Source of the DNA: an uncultured virus (IMG/VR IMGVR_UViG_3300028194_000749)
Lineage: Duplodnaviria > Heunggongvirae > Uroviricota > Caudoviricetes
Reading direction: 5' to 3' (one strand)
IMG/VR virus record: IMGVR_UViG_3300028194_000749
Length of the DNA stretch: 64,000 bases
The translations under genes were made by a program, and so were the position numbers. This document shows positions 48,678-58,768 of the stretch, in pieces. The notes under the pieces were generated by a model that was given only the letters and a program-made list of their open reading frames with translations, searched no databases and was not told the DNA's origin. Position 1 is the first letter of the stretch; each line of letters opens with the position of its first letter.

Positions 48678-49544
48678 ATGGTGCGATTAGTCGATAGACT
48701 GGAAACAGGTCAAGCCATGATTCTGTTAGAGGATTTATCTCGGTTGATTCCCTATGATGTTAATTTGCCTGATTTTCATAATCTAACATCTGGACAATTT
48801 ATTCAACGATACCACGAATCTAAAACCTCATTAGTTCGCAATTTGCATCTTCCTGTTTGGGTGGCTGTGCAACCCAGTAATAAGAAAGGCGGTAACGAGC
48901 GTTGGAAAGTAGCCAATCCAAATGGTGAAACTAAAGTTATTGGATATGGTGATATTTTCTGTTTAGCCCGAATCGGACATGGCACAGAAACTTTTACTCG
49001 TTGGGTAGTTTTAGAAAGTGGTTACGACGAGATGGGTAATTCTTTAGATAAACACGGAAGTCTGGCTGTGGGAAGATTAAAACAAAATCCATTTTATTTT
49101 CAAGAACCTTTCAAAAAACAATGGTTCGGATATAGAATCCATCGAAGTAATTTCGTAGTTCAGATGTTGCCGTATGGTGCTTCGTTCAAGCCCAGAGGAA
49201 TTGCTGATTGGAAAGACACCAGATTTGTGATGAACTTTGGACATTTGAATCAATACAATGCTAAGTTTTACAAGTCTAAATATGGCATGGGTTATTTAGT
49301 AGCAGCCCAGCGTGCACCAGAATATAGTATTAGTAAAAGATTAAATGCCATAGCCTATGAGCACGCTGCTAATAATTGGCCTGAATCTATTCGCCGAGTA
49401 AAAGATAATAAAGAAGTTTTCTATGTGCCATTAAGTTATTTAGAGCCATATGCCATACCTGATGATTCCTTAGAGCCAAAAACCCTACACATTTTGAATT
49501 GGGTAGTTACGGGTTGCGACGATTTGATACACACAAATCTTTAA
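48678..49544 (+). CDS. Hypothetical protein
   Basis: Long ORF; TATA variant ~31 nt upstream of ATG 48678. Confidence 0.6.
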   Translation: MVRLVDRLETGQAMILLEDLSRLIPYDVNLPDFHNLTSGQFIQRYHESKTSLVRNLHLPVWVAVQPSNKKGGNERWKVANPNGETKVIGYGDIFCLARIGHGTETFTRWVVLESGYDEMGNSLDKHGSLAVGRLKQNPFYFQEPFKKQWFGYRIHRSNFVVQMLPYGASFKPRGIADWKDTRFVMNFGHLNQYNAKFYKSKYGMGYLVAAQRAPEYSISKRLNAIAYEHAANNWPESIRRVKDNKEVFYVPLSYLEPYAIPDDSLEPKTLHILNWVVTGCDDLIHTNL

Positions 49545-49581
49545 GTATCAGAACCGACGCAATTAGTATTAGGTAAGACCC

Positions 49582-49995
49582 ATGAATGACGACACAGGAT
49601 TCTCCCAACCAATTATTGAAGACCCAAACAGCACTGTGGGTTCCTACCCATGGGATGGCGACCACGGAGCCACTCGTGCTTTTGATGTTAGTTCAATGTC
49701 TGTTATGTCAAATCCAATGCCTTCTATGGTTCAACCAGCCAAAGATGCAGTTTCAGAAGAGTTTCAAGGATTGAAAGACGAAGTTACCGAGTCTACTTCA
49801 CCAGAAGGTGCAGACATGGGACAAACTGGCGACGCTGGCGGAGATGCTGACGGACAAAACTTTGGACAAGACCAAGGTTCCCAAGACACAATGGAGGCCG
49901 AATCAATCAGTTTGCCTATCATTGGAACAGTTTCATTCCTAACAATTGGTGTTGTTGGAGTCCTCGGTTACTTCTTTTTGAAGCGAGGCGAATAA
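49582..49995 (+). CDS. Acidic tail-anchored protein
   Basis: MEAE directly before C-term TM LPIIGTVSFLTIGVVGVLGYFFLKR. Confidence 0.7.
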   Translation: MNDDTGFSQPIIEDPNSTVGSYPWDGDHGATRAFDVSSMSVMSNPMPSMVQPAKDAVSEEFQGLKDEVTESTSPEGADMGQTGDAGGDADGQNFGQDQGSQDTMEAESISLPIIGTVSFLTIGVVGVLGYFFLKRGE

Positions 49996-50032
49996 GTAAA
50001 ACTTTAAGTAGTAAGAACAATCAGGTGATATT

Positions 50033-50890
50033 ATGGCAAGAGTAATCGGAAATGCAGTTCTACCAGATTTGCCCTATTCACCAAATCTGCGCCCACTACC
50101 ACAAGTAAATATCACTCGTGATACTTTAGCAGGATATAATGCTCGTGCTATGATTGGCCAAGGTCTTTCATCGGCTGCACCTCGTCCCTCACCAACTATC
50201 ACCAAGATGCCTTCAATTTCAGTTCCAGAAAGCAAACCTATGTCTATGGAAGCACAGGCTATGGGTGCAGGATATGGACAAGGTATCGTTCCTATGACTC
50301 CTCGCCCAGCACCTATGCAAATGAATATCCCTCGTCTTGATATTCCTATTGGCAGCATGGCACAAGACTTTGCTTTGCAGAACTACGATTTGATGGGACA
50401 AGGTATTACACCTGAAGCCCAATACCTACGACCTACTCACACTATGGAAGTTTATGCACCTGCCGCAGCACCAAATGTTGCTGGACTTGAGCGTATGAAG
50501 CCAGAGATGATGATGGGAAGTATTAACGCCCACCAACCTACAATGAACTTTGGTGGCGACCCTCGTATGGAAGCAGAGTTCGCATCCATTCGACCAACTA
50601 ATCCACGACAAATGACTCGTGCACCTACTGTTAATATCTCAGCAAGCGCACGCCGAATACCAATTCGTGAGTTGCCTCTAATCCCTGCCAGCACACAACC
50701 TCGTGTGCCAAATGTTTCTGCTTTGATTGGCCCAGTTAAGTCAATCAAGATGGAAGCCCAATATGTCGCACCACCTGTGCGTAACTCTGACCTTGGAGGA
50801 ATGCTCAACAGCACCAGCCGAGTCGGAGGATTTGGAAACAGCAGTGGAAGAACCTTTGGTGCAGAAGCACCACTTACAGTAAGACTGTAA
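50033..50890 (+). CDS. Pro/Met-rich low-complexity modular protein
   Basis: MEAQ, PEAQ, MEAE, MEAQ, FGAE junctions; repeated GQG motifs. Confidence 0.65.
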   Translation: MARVIGNAVLPDLPYSPNLRPLPQVNITRDTLAGYNARAMIGQGLSSAAPRPSPTITKMPSISVPESKPMSMEAQAMGAGYGQGIVPMTPRPAPMQMNIPRLDIPIGSMAQDFALQNYDLMGQGITPEAQYLRPTHTMEVYAPAAAPNVAGLERMKPEMMMGSINAHQPTMNFGGDPRMEAEFASIRPTNPRQMTRAPTVNISASARRIPIRELPLIPASTQPRVPNVSALIGPVKSIKMEAQYVAPPVRNSDLGGMLNSTSRVGGFGNSSGRTFGAEAPLTVRL

Positions 50891-50903
50891 AACTAAAACG
50901 GAG

Positions 50904-51131
50904 ATGAAAAATATGGATACAAAAGTAATAATTGTTGGAGCAAGTTTGGTTGTTGTCGGTGGCTTTGCTGCTCTTGGCGGAACCTTTAGTATGATGACAA
51001 AGCCACTACCAGTGATTGGTTTTAACGCCCTACAAATCGGAGGCGGAATTGTCGCCCTCGTTGGTGTTAGCACATTGGTCGGCATTGACCCACTCGGACT
51101 CAAGCAAGCCGCAGCAAGCACCGCATTCTGA
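50904..51131 (+). CDS. Small two-TM membrane protein
   Basis: Two Gly-rich hydrophobic helices. Confidence 0.65.
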   Translation: MKNMDTKVIIVGASLVVVGGFAALGGTFSMMTKPLPVIGFNALQIGGGIVALVGVSTLVGIDPLGLKQAAASTAF

Positions 51132-51159
51132 GGCTAACCTCAATTAGAGGTGAGTCACC

Positions 51160-51510
51160 ATGGATAGTCGAAATAAAGCCGAAATCACACGAGTTTGTGA
51201 CGCAGGTTTAGCGGCTTATTTGGCTCAACAGCGTTCTGACTTTCGTTTGAAAAGTTTTAGTGTTGGTTTGGTTAGCGGAGTATTAGTTAGTATCCCAGTT
51301 TATTTCCTAACACAACAATACGGAGTAAGCCCTTCATTTATAATTCTACCCTTGTTTGGTGGAATAGTTGGCGGAACTTATCGAGGATTATCACAATCAG
51401 AGATGAATGATGCTTCACACGAGGTAGATTTTAATGATGTGTGTGCCACCATCGAAGAAGACGAAGACGAAGAATCCGAAGAGGATGAGTCAGACGGCGA
51501 CCAAGAGTAA
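51160..51510 (+). CDS. Two-TM membrane protein with acidic tail
   Basis: GAGGTGA SD. Confidence 0.65.
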   Translation: MDSRNKAEITRVCDAGLAAYLAQQRSDFRLKSFSVGLVSGVLVSIPVYFLTQQYGVSPSFIILPLFGGIVGGTYRGLSQSEMNDASHEVDFNDVCATIEEDEDEESEEDESDGDQE

Positions 51511-51542
51511 TCTTTAAGTAGTCGTAGGGTTTAACCTTTGGT

Positions 51543-51824
51543 ATGGCAAGAAATATATTTTCCATTTTAACTCCATTAGTTATCGCTGGTTGCGCTGGAC
51601 TTTTGATTGGTAAGATGATTTCTCAAAAGAAAGATGCCGAATCAGTATGGCCTTATGTTGTCGTTGAACCTACTGAAACCAATATGTTGATGCAAAGCCT
51701 TGTGATGCGTCCTGCGGTTAATGCCGAACTTAACTATTTGTATGGTAGTGCTCCTGCTGTTAATATCAGCAACATGACAAACATGATTGTTGGCACCCCA
51801 CTTCCTCAAGCAATTTACAACTAA
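51543..51824 (+). CDS. N-terminal TM protein
   Basis: Promoter 51513; KDAE and VNAE motifs. Confidence 0.6.
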   Translation: MARNIFSILTPLVIAGCAGLLIGKMISQKKDAESVWPYVVVEPTETNMLMQSLVMRPAVNAELNYLYGSAPAVNISNMTNMIVGTPLPQAIYN

Positions 51825-51835
51825 GGTGAGATTAA

Positions 51836-52345
51836 ATGAATAATTATCTACTTGGAGCCATCGGAATAGCAGCATTTGGTTTAGGATATTCATCTATGTC
51901 TTTTAAGAAAGTTGAGGCCGAAGAAAAAGAAGATTGTGGATGTTCACATCAGAAAAGAGCCGAGGCTCGTGTCACTCGTGGAGAAGAAGTTTTCAATTCT
52001 GAACTCACCCAAGATATGTCTGGTAATTCTACTGATTTGTCTCGCATCAATCCTGTGGAAGTTTCAGGGTCCGAAGATGTTTATGGTGCTGAATATGTCA
52101 ATATGAATCCCTTAGACTATCAAACACCTACTGCTTTCAGTCAGTATTCTGGCTATGCTTCCCAACCTTTCTGGGACCAAGCCAATGATATGCTACCAGA
52201 GTATAGATATGCTATGCCGTGGAGTTCATCTTATCTTCCTGTTAATGAGTGGCGACCTAACGACCAACAAGGCTACCCTGCTGGTCCTCTACCATTAGAT
52301 GTTCGCACCCGTAGTAGGAATTATCAAACTTGGCAACGCTCTTGA
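51836..52345 (+). CDS. N-terminal TM modular protein
   Basis: VEAEEKEDCGC, KRAE, FNSE, YGAE. Confidence 0.65.
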   Translation: MNNYLLGAIGIAAFGLGYSSMSFKKVEAEEKEDCGCSHQKRAEARVTRGEEVFNSELTQDMSGNSTDLSRINPVEVSGSEDVYGAEYVNMNPLDYQTPTAFSQYSGYASQPFWDQANDMLPEYRYAMPWSSSYLPVNEWRPNDQQGYPAGPLPLDVRTRSRNYQTWQRS

Positions 52346-52381
52346 GCAAACTGTTAAATAGTTAAGACCTGATGTTATCTT

Positions 52382-52924
52382 ATGATGGCTGATGCTTCGC
52401 TTTTTCTTTGGATTAAAGAAAACTTACCTCACAATTCTACAATTTTAGAGTTTGGTTCTGGAACTGGAACTAAAGAATTAGTTAAGCATTATCAAGTTAC
52501 ATCTATTGAACATTCTAAAGAATGGTTAGATATTGCCGATACTAATTACATTTATGCACCGATTGATGAATCTCGTCAGTGGTATTCTTGGGAATCTTTA
52601 GAAGTTCTACAAAACAAAACTTTTGATTTGGTATTAGTTGATGGTCCTCGAATAGACACCAGAGAAAATATGAAAGCATGGTATCAAGAAAACTTTCAGG
52701 TTTTTGAAGATAGTATTATGATTATTGATGATAATAATTATCCACAAACACAAGGTTTAATTCACATAATAAAACAACTTGGATGGCATTTAGTTCATCA
52801 AGGTGGAGTTCAACAAAATCACTATTGGGGTGTCTATCGTAAATATCAAGAGTGCCCAGAGTGTGCTACTGAATATCTAAAACTAAGTGATATGTTAAAC
52901 TGTTGTGAGCAAAACTTTAAGTAG
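52382..52924 (+). CDS. Class I SAM-dependent methyltransferase (glycan-modifying type)
   Basis: ILEFGSGTGT, SIEH, LVLVDGP, IIDD; AT-richer than neighbours. Confidence 0.8.
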   Translation: MMADASLFLWIKENLPHNSTILEFGSGTGTKELVKHYQVTSIEHSKEWLDIADTNYIYAPIDESRQWYSWESLEVLQNKTFDLVLVDGPRIDTRENMKAWYQENFQVFEDSIMIIDDNNYPQTQGLIHIIKQLGWHLVHQGGVQQNHYWGVYRKYQECPECATEYLKLSDMLNCCEQNFK

Positions 52925-52945
52925 TTGTATCAGACCACTACAACT

Positions 52946-53176
52946 ATGATTAACAATCCAGCAGCATATTATCAAGAAATGGGATTCACCTCAATTGATT
53001 CCTTAGTTTATACTGGTTCACTAATTGGTGCTCTCGGTGGAATCCTCGGAGTAGTCAATGGTATTCGTTACCGCCAAATGAAACAAATTGGAGTCTTCGC
53101 TGCTATGACTGTGGGTTGTGGATTGGGTCTGATGGAAGGCTTACATATTGCTAATACCTATTATCCAAAAGAATAA
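52946..53176 (+). CDS. Small two-TM membrane protein
   Basis: Start 30 nt after promoter 52916. Confidence 0.6.
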   Translation: MINNPAAYYQEMGFTSIDSLVYTGSLIGALGGILGVVNGIRYRQMKQIGVFAAMTVGCGLGLMEGLHIANTYYPKE

Positions 53177-53220
53177 TAGTAGGCGTAATCTTTAAGTAGT
53201 CGTGAGTATAACTTTTTAGC

Positions 53221-53679
53221 ATGGCTTTGATGACTAACTCCTATGTTCGCCGAGATGCGAATACAGAAATAGGTTTTTTACCACCGACTTCTTCTGAATC
53301 TATGATGATGAATGATGGCACTACTATGCCTGCTACTGCTTTCCGAGAAGATTCTCCAGTTATGAAATACACACCCGAAGAACTTGGCATGAATCCTCGT
53401 GCTTCACCATTTTATGACCCAGACACTAATTCCGCAGCCATGGCCAGACCAGCCCAACCAAGTGGTAGTCAGACCACTGCCGTTGATTCTAACTCGGCTG
53501 CCTCGACAGTTTTAGGTGCAGAGTATAATGTAGAGGCTATGGATGCTGTCGGAACTGGTGCTGTTATGGCAGCCTCCAATTTTAACACTTGGTTTTCATC
53601 CAACATCGGATTTATTGCATTGGCCTGTGTCGGCGTTTATGCTGTCTACCGATTTGGAGTGAACTCTAATGCTGCGTGA
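53221..53679 (+). CDS. Tail-anchored protein
   Basis: LGAE; C-term IGFIALACVGVYAVYRF. Confidence 0.65.
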   Translation: MALMTNSYVRRDANTEIGFLPPTSSESMMMNDGTTMPATAFREDSPVMKYTPEELGMNPRASPFYDPDTNSAAMARPAQPSGSQTTAVDSNSAASTVLGAEYNVEAMDAVGTGAVMAASNFNTWFSSNIGFIALACVGVYAVYRFGVNSNAA

Positions 53680-54184
53680 TTATCAAGCGGGAAACCGAGT
53701 AACATCTATTGCAGTTCAAGACCTTGGAATTGGCACTGTTTTAGTCCCCAGTCTAACTAATGTTATCGTTGAATGGGATGATGGCACTTGGTCTAAAGAA
53801 CGCTACCAAGATATAATCTTTATTGGTAATAGTAAAACCCAACCTTTGCCTAATCCGACTCGTGGAGGTTCTCAACGAAAACTTAAGGGTTCTAACGATA
53901 AACAAAGAGATAGTTCTACTCGATTAGATTTTGAACCTCAAGAAAAGTTTGATAATCCTGAAGCCAATTTTCGCCCAGAGCCTTATGTCTACGGCACAGC
54001 CAGTTTGAATCAAGATATAGGATTCTTGGCTGAAGATTGGGTGCCCACAGAGATTGCGAATACTGACCCACAGTTTCCTAATCCTTATGCGGCTCGTGTC
54101 AAATACTTTGAACAGCGTATGGACCGAGCCATGACAAATTGGTTGCTGCAAAATCAAGGTAGCAAATTAGCCCGGAGGTATTAA
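53669..54184 (+). CDS. Protein with N-terminal SH3-like beta-barrel
   Basis: YQAGNRV..GIGTV..VIVEWDDG; FLAE. Confidence 0.55.
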   Translation: MLRDYQAGNRVTSIAVQDLGIGTVLVPSLTNVIVEWDDGTWSKERYQDIIFIGNSKTQPLPNPTRGGSQRKLKGSNDKQRDSSTRLDFEPQEKFDNPEANFRPEPYVYGTASLNQDIGFLAEDWVPTEIANTDPQFPNPYAARVKYFEQRMDRAMTNWLLQNQGSKLARRY

Positions 54185-54186
54185 GT

Positions 54187-55413
54187 ATGATAGGACCTCA
54201 ACGACCCGATGGCATGGGAATGGATAGTCTACAAAACCATGGACCCATTTATTATCAAGATGTCGCCACAGGAGAAACTAAAACTTTCTTACGCTGGGCA
54301 CAATCTTACACTTTGTATCATCAAAACGATGGCACTCTGGTAGCCTATGCTCGTTTTTCTAATGGCATACCCCCGACTACCCTACGGGCAATCGACACAC
54401 CACCCGGCGCAGCCAGTGGTCCGAATTGGCCGCCGGCTTCAACTTTTAATGCTGAATCTACTCAATTCGACCAATTACGAAAAGAACTCCGAACTCAGGG
54501 TGTTAATCTTCAAGCCACTAAGCGTATTCCTCCTACATGGGTAGAACTGATTAGCGAGGATTTGCCAATGGGATTCAAACTCGTAGGTTTAGTATCTCCT
54601 GATTATTATTCAGGTTATGATGCTGACCCTTATCAACAAGTTATTTCAGGACAAGGTGAAGCAGGTATCAATCAAGAAGGATTAGGTATTATTCTAAGTG
54701 GTAATAACTCTACCGCAAAAACTATTGCTTTTCAAGGTGCCAGTTTAACCCGTCAATTAGAACTTTTTAATGATTTAGTATCTGCCTCTCAAAAGTTTTT
54801 GAATCCTGTGGTTTCTTATCGCAACACTGGCACTGTGGCTGGATATAGCCCTTTGAATACTGAAGGTCGTCGTTGGCAACCGGGTGACCTCGTTAATATC
54901 GCTCGCCCTACTTCTGATGCTGGAGGTTTAGCCACGGCTCATGTTGTCCGAGTTTATCCTACTCAAGTCTTAGTTACTTGGCCTAATGATGCCGACCATC
55001 CTAAGTCTGAATATCCTCGTGGTTGGTTCACTAAAGAAGAGAAAACGGATTTGATTTTTATCAAGAATGATAAAACTTGGTTAGAGCAATACAAAAAACT
55101 TCCCAATGATTTTAGTTCTCGCTATGGTTCTGAAAGTGGACAACACGCTCAACCAAGTTACAACATGGATGGTAGTTGGTTTTCAACCAGTAATGCTGTG
55201 CCTCTTTATGGTGATGTGGGAGAGAGATTTAATGAAAGTAGAATGATGGGTCAAGCCCCACCTTGGGCTACTGACCTACCACTCCCAACAGGACTTCGAC
55301 TTCGCACTACACCCAAAAAAGGTAAAACCGATTTGTATGGTGAGATGGATGAAATCATGCTACATATTAAGCGTCAAGAGGCTATTGCCCAACTCACAGG
55401 ATTGTCGTTGTAA
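54187..55413 (+). CDS. Modular hypothetical protein with SH3-like segment
   Basis: FNAE, YGSE; WQPGDLV..AHVVRV..VLVTW. Confidence 0.6.
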   Translation: MIGPQRPDGMGMDSLQNHGPIYYQDVATGETKTFLRWAQSYTLYHQNDGTLVAYARFSNGIPPTTLRAIDTPPGAASGPNWPPASTFNAESTQFDQLRKELRTQGVNLQATKRIPPTWVELISEDLPMGFKLVGLVSPDYYSGYDADPYQQVISGQGEAGINQEGLGIILSGNNSTAKTIAFQGASLTRQLELFNDLVSASQKFLNPVVSYRNTGTVAGYSPLNTEGRRWQPGDLVNIARPTSDAGGLATAHVVRVYPTQVLVTWPNDADHPKSEYPRGWFTKEEKTDLIFIKNDKTWLEQYKKLPNDFSSRYGSESGQHAQPSYNMDGSWFSTSNAVPLYGDVGERFNESRMMGQAPPWATDLPLPTGLRLRTTPKKGKTDLYGEMDEIMLHIKRQEAIAQLTGLSL

Positions 55414-55451
55414 TAGTAATCTTTAAGTATCGGTGTTGATTAAGAATGACT

Positions 55452-56306
55452 ATGCGTCTGGCTCAAGTTGGTTTGGGAACACTTCTTATTGGTGTGGCAG
55501 CCTATTTTGGTAGCGACACAGTTCGTAATAAAGTTTCAACTGTTTTCGGTGCAGATGCCATCACACCTGCCGAATTAGAAGAAATGCACATTGAATCCAG
55601 TGGAGTTACTGTGGACACAGTTCCAGTTTCACAAGTTCAAGCATTCATGGGTTGGCAACAACTTCGCCTACAACACACTAACGCAGTTGCTAATGACTCA
55701 CCATTTATGGATGGAGTCGTAGATGCCCAGCCTGTTTATACTAATCCCTTTGATATTGGATACAGTTTCGACCAAGAGTATTATGGAGCAGAAACTTTTG
55801 AAGCAACTGGAGATTACGCTGGCCAAGGACCTTCTTCTTATAATGTGGCTAATCCACCTAATACTATTCCAACTGCTGGAACACCTTATCGTATTCAAGC
55901 ACACACTGGACAAGTTTATAGCACCGACCCCTCAACTGGAGTTAATGGACAACCTATTGCTTACTCTGGTGCTACACCAGTGGCACGACTTCCACCAGAA
56001 GTTACCAGCGACTTCCCATACATGGTAAGTCTAATCAATGTTCCTTTCCAAGAAATTGCTACATCTGACATCGGTAGTAACCGATTCGGCAGTTTGGCTC
56101 GTAACAGCACCGACGACAATGTAAATGCTCGATTCGGTGAAACTGCACTAAATCCTGAAGTTGATGCTTCTTACACATCACCCACAGGAGAGACCAAGCC
56201 ATTGAGTCAATGGCGAAGCAAATACACGGTTTTGCGACATTCAGACACCACAGTAAGTGCAATCCCATTTAGTGGCGGTGTCGAACTACAACTAAGGAGA
56301 GTATAA
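55452..56306 (+). CDS. N-terminal TM modular protein
   Basis: FGAD, YGAETFEA (identical to 17477 protein); promoter 55422. Confidence 0.65.
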   Translation: MRLAQVGLGTLLIGVAAYFGSDTVRNKVSTVFGADAITPAELEEMHIESSGVTVDTVPVSQVQAFMGWQQLRLQHTNAVANDSPFMDGVVDAQPVYTNPFDIGYSFDQEYYGAETFEATGDYAGQGPSSYNVANPPNTIPTAGTPYRIQAHTGQVYSTDPSTGVNGQPIAYSGATPVARLPPEVTSDFPYMVSLINVPFQEIATSDIGSNRFGSLARNSTDDNVNARFGETALNPEVDASYTSPTGETKPLSQWRSKYTVLRHSDTTVSAIPFSGGVELQLRRV

Positions 56307-56308
56307 TT

Positions 56309-57976
56309 ATGACTGGAGAAAAAATGCTATATGTTAAATCAAATGACTTTTGGGGATATGATGCGAGCGATTTTGATTCGTCTCTAAACTTTTACACCTA
56401 CACATGGACAGTTCCAGCAGCCATGTATGATGGTATGGATGATAGCGACCAAGGACGACTCTTCCCTTGTGCACTATTTTATGTCCAAGGAGTTACTGAT
56501 AATCACAATTTCCTAACACTTTCTATTGATGTTACGGGTGCCGATGCTAAAGTTCGTGGTATGCAAGGAGCCAAGCGTCGCACACTCAAGTTTGAAAAAG
56601 GTGTGCCTTATGCTTATTCCGTTGGTAGTTTGTCTATGAAGGAAGCACCTGCTGGTTCTTCTAACATCAGTGAGATTGAAACTGCGGTTAAAGATGGTTC
56701 GGCTACTATGACTGGAGTATTCAATGTTGATTCTTTCCTAACTGATGCAGGTGAAATCGCAACAGCAGTTGGTTTGTCTACTGCCTCATCAGCAGAAAGT
56801 TATGAAGCAGAAGTTTCGGATTTCTATCCACAATCCTCTGCTGAAATTGGTAACGAACAATCTGGCCGTGGAGTTCCAGTGGCTTATGGCTCTGGCTCAT
56901 CTCAATATGTTGAACCACCAGTGGTTGAACTTGAAGCAGAAGTTTCAGATTTCTACCCTCAATCATCTGCCGAAATCGGTGATGAACAATCAGGGCGTGG
57001 AGTTCCTGTGTCTTACGGCTCAGGGTCCTCACAATATGTTGAGCCTCCTGTTGTGGAACTCGCAGCAGAAGTTTCTGACTTCTACCCACAATCTTCAGCC
57101 GAAATCGGTGATGAACAATCTGGACGAGGAGTTCCTGTGTCTTATGGCTCTGGTTCTTCTCAATATGTTGAACCACCAGTTGTAGAACTCGGTGCTGAAG
57201 TTATTGATGATGATTACATGGATGCTTATTCGGCTATGGGAGAACCAGATGCAGAATACGACCAAGGCTACAACGACCAACTCGACGAATCCCTCGGAAT
57301 GAGAGATGGAGCAGAAGGAAACTTCCGCCAATCTATGAAATCCCGAAGAGATGAGTCAAAAGGGACTGAAAAATATGATAAGTCTCGCCCCTACTCTGGA
57401 GTAGATACTATGGATGCACAAGGATACAACGACAAAATGGATGAATCATTGGGTATGCGACATCGTGGTCGTCATTCTCAATCAATGAAAGACCGCCGAG
57501 ATGAAGCGGCTGCTATGGACCGAAAATACGGAATGAAGCGTAAGTATGATGATGTTATGACAATGGATGCTGATGGTATGATTACCGAAGGCTTGCCAGT
57601 TATTCCAGATTCCTACGGCACTAATTCTGCACTAAGTTCTGGACAAGGTGTGCCAGTTTGGTATGGTAGTGCAGATGGTATGGAAGATTACAACTACCAA
57701 AGCAACGAGGGTTCATTGGATAGCGCAGGCTTCACAGAAGGCACTGTTAATCCTATGGAGTTCACTCGTCTTGGTGCTTATGATGTTCCAGTTATTTCTA
57801 ACAGTTTAGGAGAAGATTCTTCTGAGATGGGATATGGAGTTCCACAATGGTATGGAGCCGACACTATGGCAGACAACTTCGAGGAATCTGCACCACCTAT
57901 GAATATGGGTAAGAAAACAGTTGGTCTAATGGCTATCATTGGATTGCTTGCTGGAGCATACATGGCTCGTAAGTGA
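56309..57976 (+). CDS. Repeat-containing modular tail-anchored protein
   Basis: 3x43-aa repeat, 2x QGYND..DESLGMR, 2x VPxWYG modules, C-term TVGLMAIIGLLAGAYMARK. Confidence 0.75.
   Translation: MTGEKMLYVKSNDFWGYDASDFDSSLNFYTYTWTVPAAMYDGMDDSDQGRLFPCALFYVQGVTDNHNFLTLSIDVTGADAKVRGMQGAKRRTLKFEKGVPYAYSVGSLSMKEAPAGSSNISEIETAVKDGSATMTGVFNVDSFLTDAGEIATAVGLSTASSAESYEAEVSDFYPQSSAEIGNEQSGRGVPVAYGSGSSQYVEPPVVELEAEVSDFYPQSSAEIGDEQSGRGVPVSYGSGSSQYVEPPVVELAAEVSDFYPQSSAEIGDEQSGRGVPVSYGSGSSQYVEPPVVELGAEVIDDDYMDAYSAMGEPDAEYDQGYNDQLDESLGMRDGAEGNFRQSMKSRRDESKGTEKYDKSRPYSGVDTMDAQGYNDKMDESLGMRHRGRHSQSMKDRRDEAAAMDRKYGMKRKYDDVMTMDADGMITEGLPVIPDSYGTNSALSSGQGVPVWYGSADGMEDYNYQSNEGSLDSAGFTEGTVNPMEFTRLGAYDVPVISNSLGEDSSEMGYGVPQWYGADTMADNFEESAPPMNMGKKTVGLMAIIGLLAGAYMARK
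56807..57193 (+). repeat. 3 x 129-nt in-frame tandem repeat (AEVSDFYPQSSAEIGxEQSGRGVPVxYGSGSSQYVEPPVVELx)
   Basis: Units begin at 56807, 56936, 57065; synonymous divergence. Confidence 0.95.
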
Positions 57977-57986
57977 GGCGATTCAA

Positions 57987-58658
57987 ATGTTTGGTGTGAA
58001 TGCGTGGGATATAACTCCACATAAGTTTAATGCCTTTTCCGATGAATCAACGATTCGTGGAGAAATGAACCAAATGGCATCCAGAGGAATTGATATTCCT
58101 GCTTGGTCTTTTGTTAATATGGGTGACTCCGAGATGTTGGGGACACCAGTTGAAACTTTTGAGCGAACCTTTGTAGTGCCATTTGGAACTATTAAACAAA
58201 CCAAAAAGGTTCTACATCCCGACCCTGCCAATCAAATTGGTGATGCGTGGAGTGGGGGCAAACCGATGTTTGATGTTAAGGTTCGTAGTGAACTCATACC
58301 GCTTGAAGGAGATGATACTCCATCATCTTTTATTGAAAAGCAAGTTGAAGACCCATTTATGCCCGATAATGCTCAATGGGAATTGTCTGGATTAGATACT
58401 TGGTTTGAAACTACGGAAACTACGGAAGAAGAGGAAGATGATTCCGATGATGAAGAACCTGAAGAAGTAGCCAAAGAGATTACAACCCCTCAAACAGAAT
58501 CCAAAACTGGTTTGTATATCTTAGGTGGTATTGGAGTATTAGCCGCAGGTTATCTTTACTTTATTATTCGTAATCCCAAGGCTTATGTTCAAGGCAAGGC
58601 TATATCCACCGCAGGCGGATTAGTCTCACAAGCGTTAGGTGCAGAACATGGTTCATAG
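57987..58658 (+). CDS. Protein with acidic linker and near-C-terminal TM
   Basis: GAGG SD before ATG 57987; GLYILGGIGVLAAGYLYFII; ends LGAEHGS. Confidence 0.65.
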   Translation: MFGVNAWDITPHKFNAFSDESTIRGEMNQMASRGIDIPAWSFVNMGDSEMLGTPVETFERTFVVPFGTIKQTKKVLHPDPANQIGDAWSGGKPMFDVKVRSELIPLEGDDTPSSFIEKQVEDPFMPDNAQWELSGLDTWFETTETTEEEEDDSDDEEPEEVAKEITTPQTESKTGLYILGGIGVLAAGYLYFIIRNPKAYVQGKAISTAGGLVSQALGAEHGS

Positions 58659-58737
58659 ACATTGGGATGATGACCCAGAACCCAGCGTTTTATTCTTTTT
58701 GCTGGCTTTGGTATTTGGAGTCATTTTTTTACTCTAA
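58648..58737 (+). CDS. 29-aa tail-anchored microprotein (not in ORF track)
   Basis: AGGTG SD; MVHRHWDDDPEPSVLFFLLALVFGVIFLL. Confidence 0.45.
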   Translation: MVHRHWDDDPEPSVLFFLLALVFGVIFLL

Positions 58738-58768
58738 CTTTATTACAGTAGTATTACTTATGATAATT

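Noticed and set aside
56807..57193. CRISPR-like array
   Set aside because: In-frame 129-nt coding repeats without unique spacers; no cas genes
58667..58768. N-terminal extension of the 58667 ORF
   Set aside because: Promoter at 58739 points to ATG 58769; the region is better explained by the 58648-58737 microprotein
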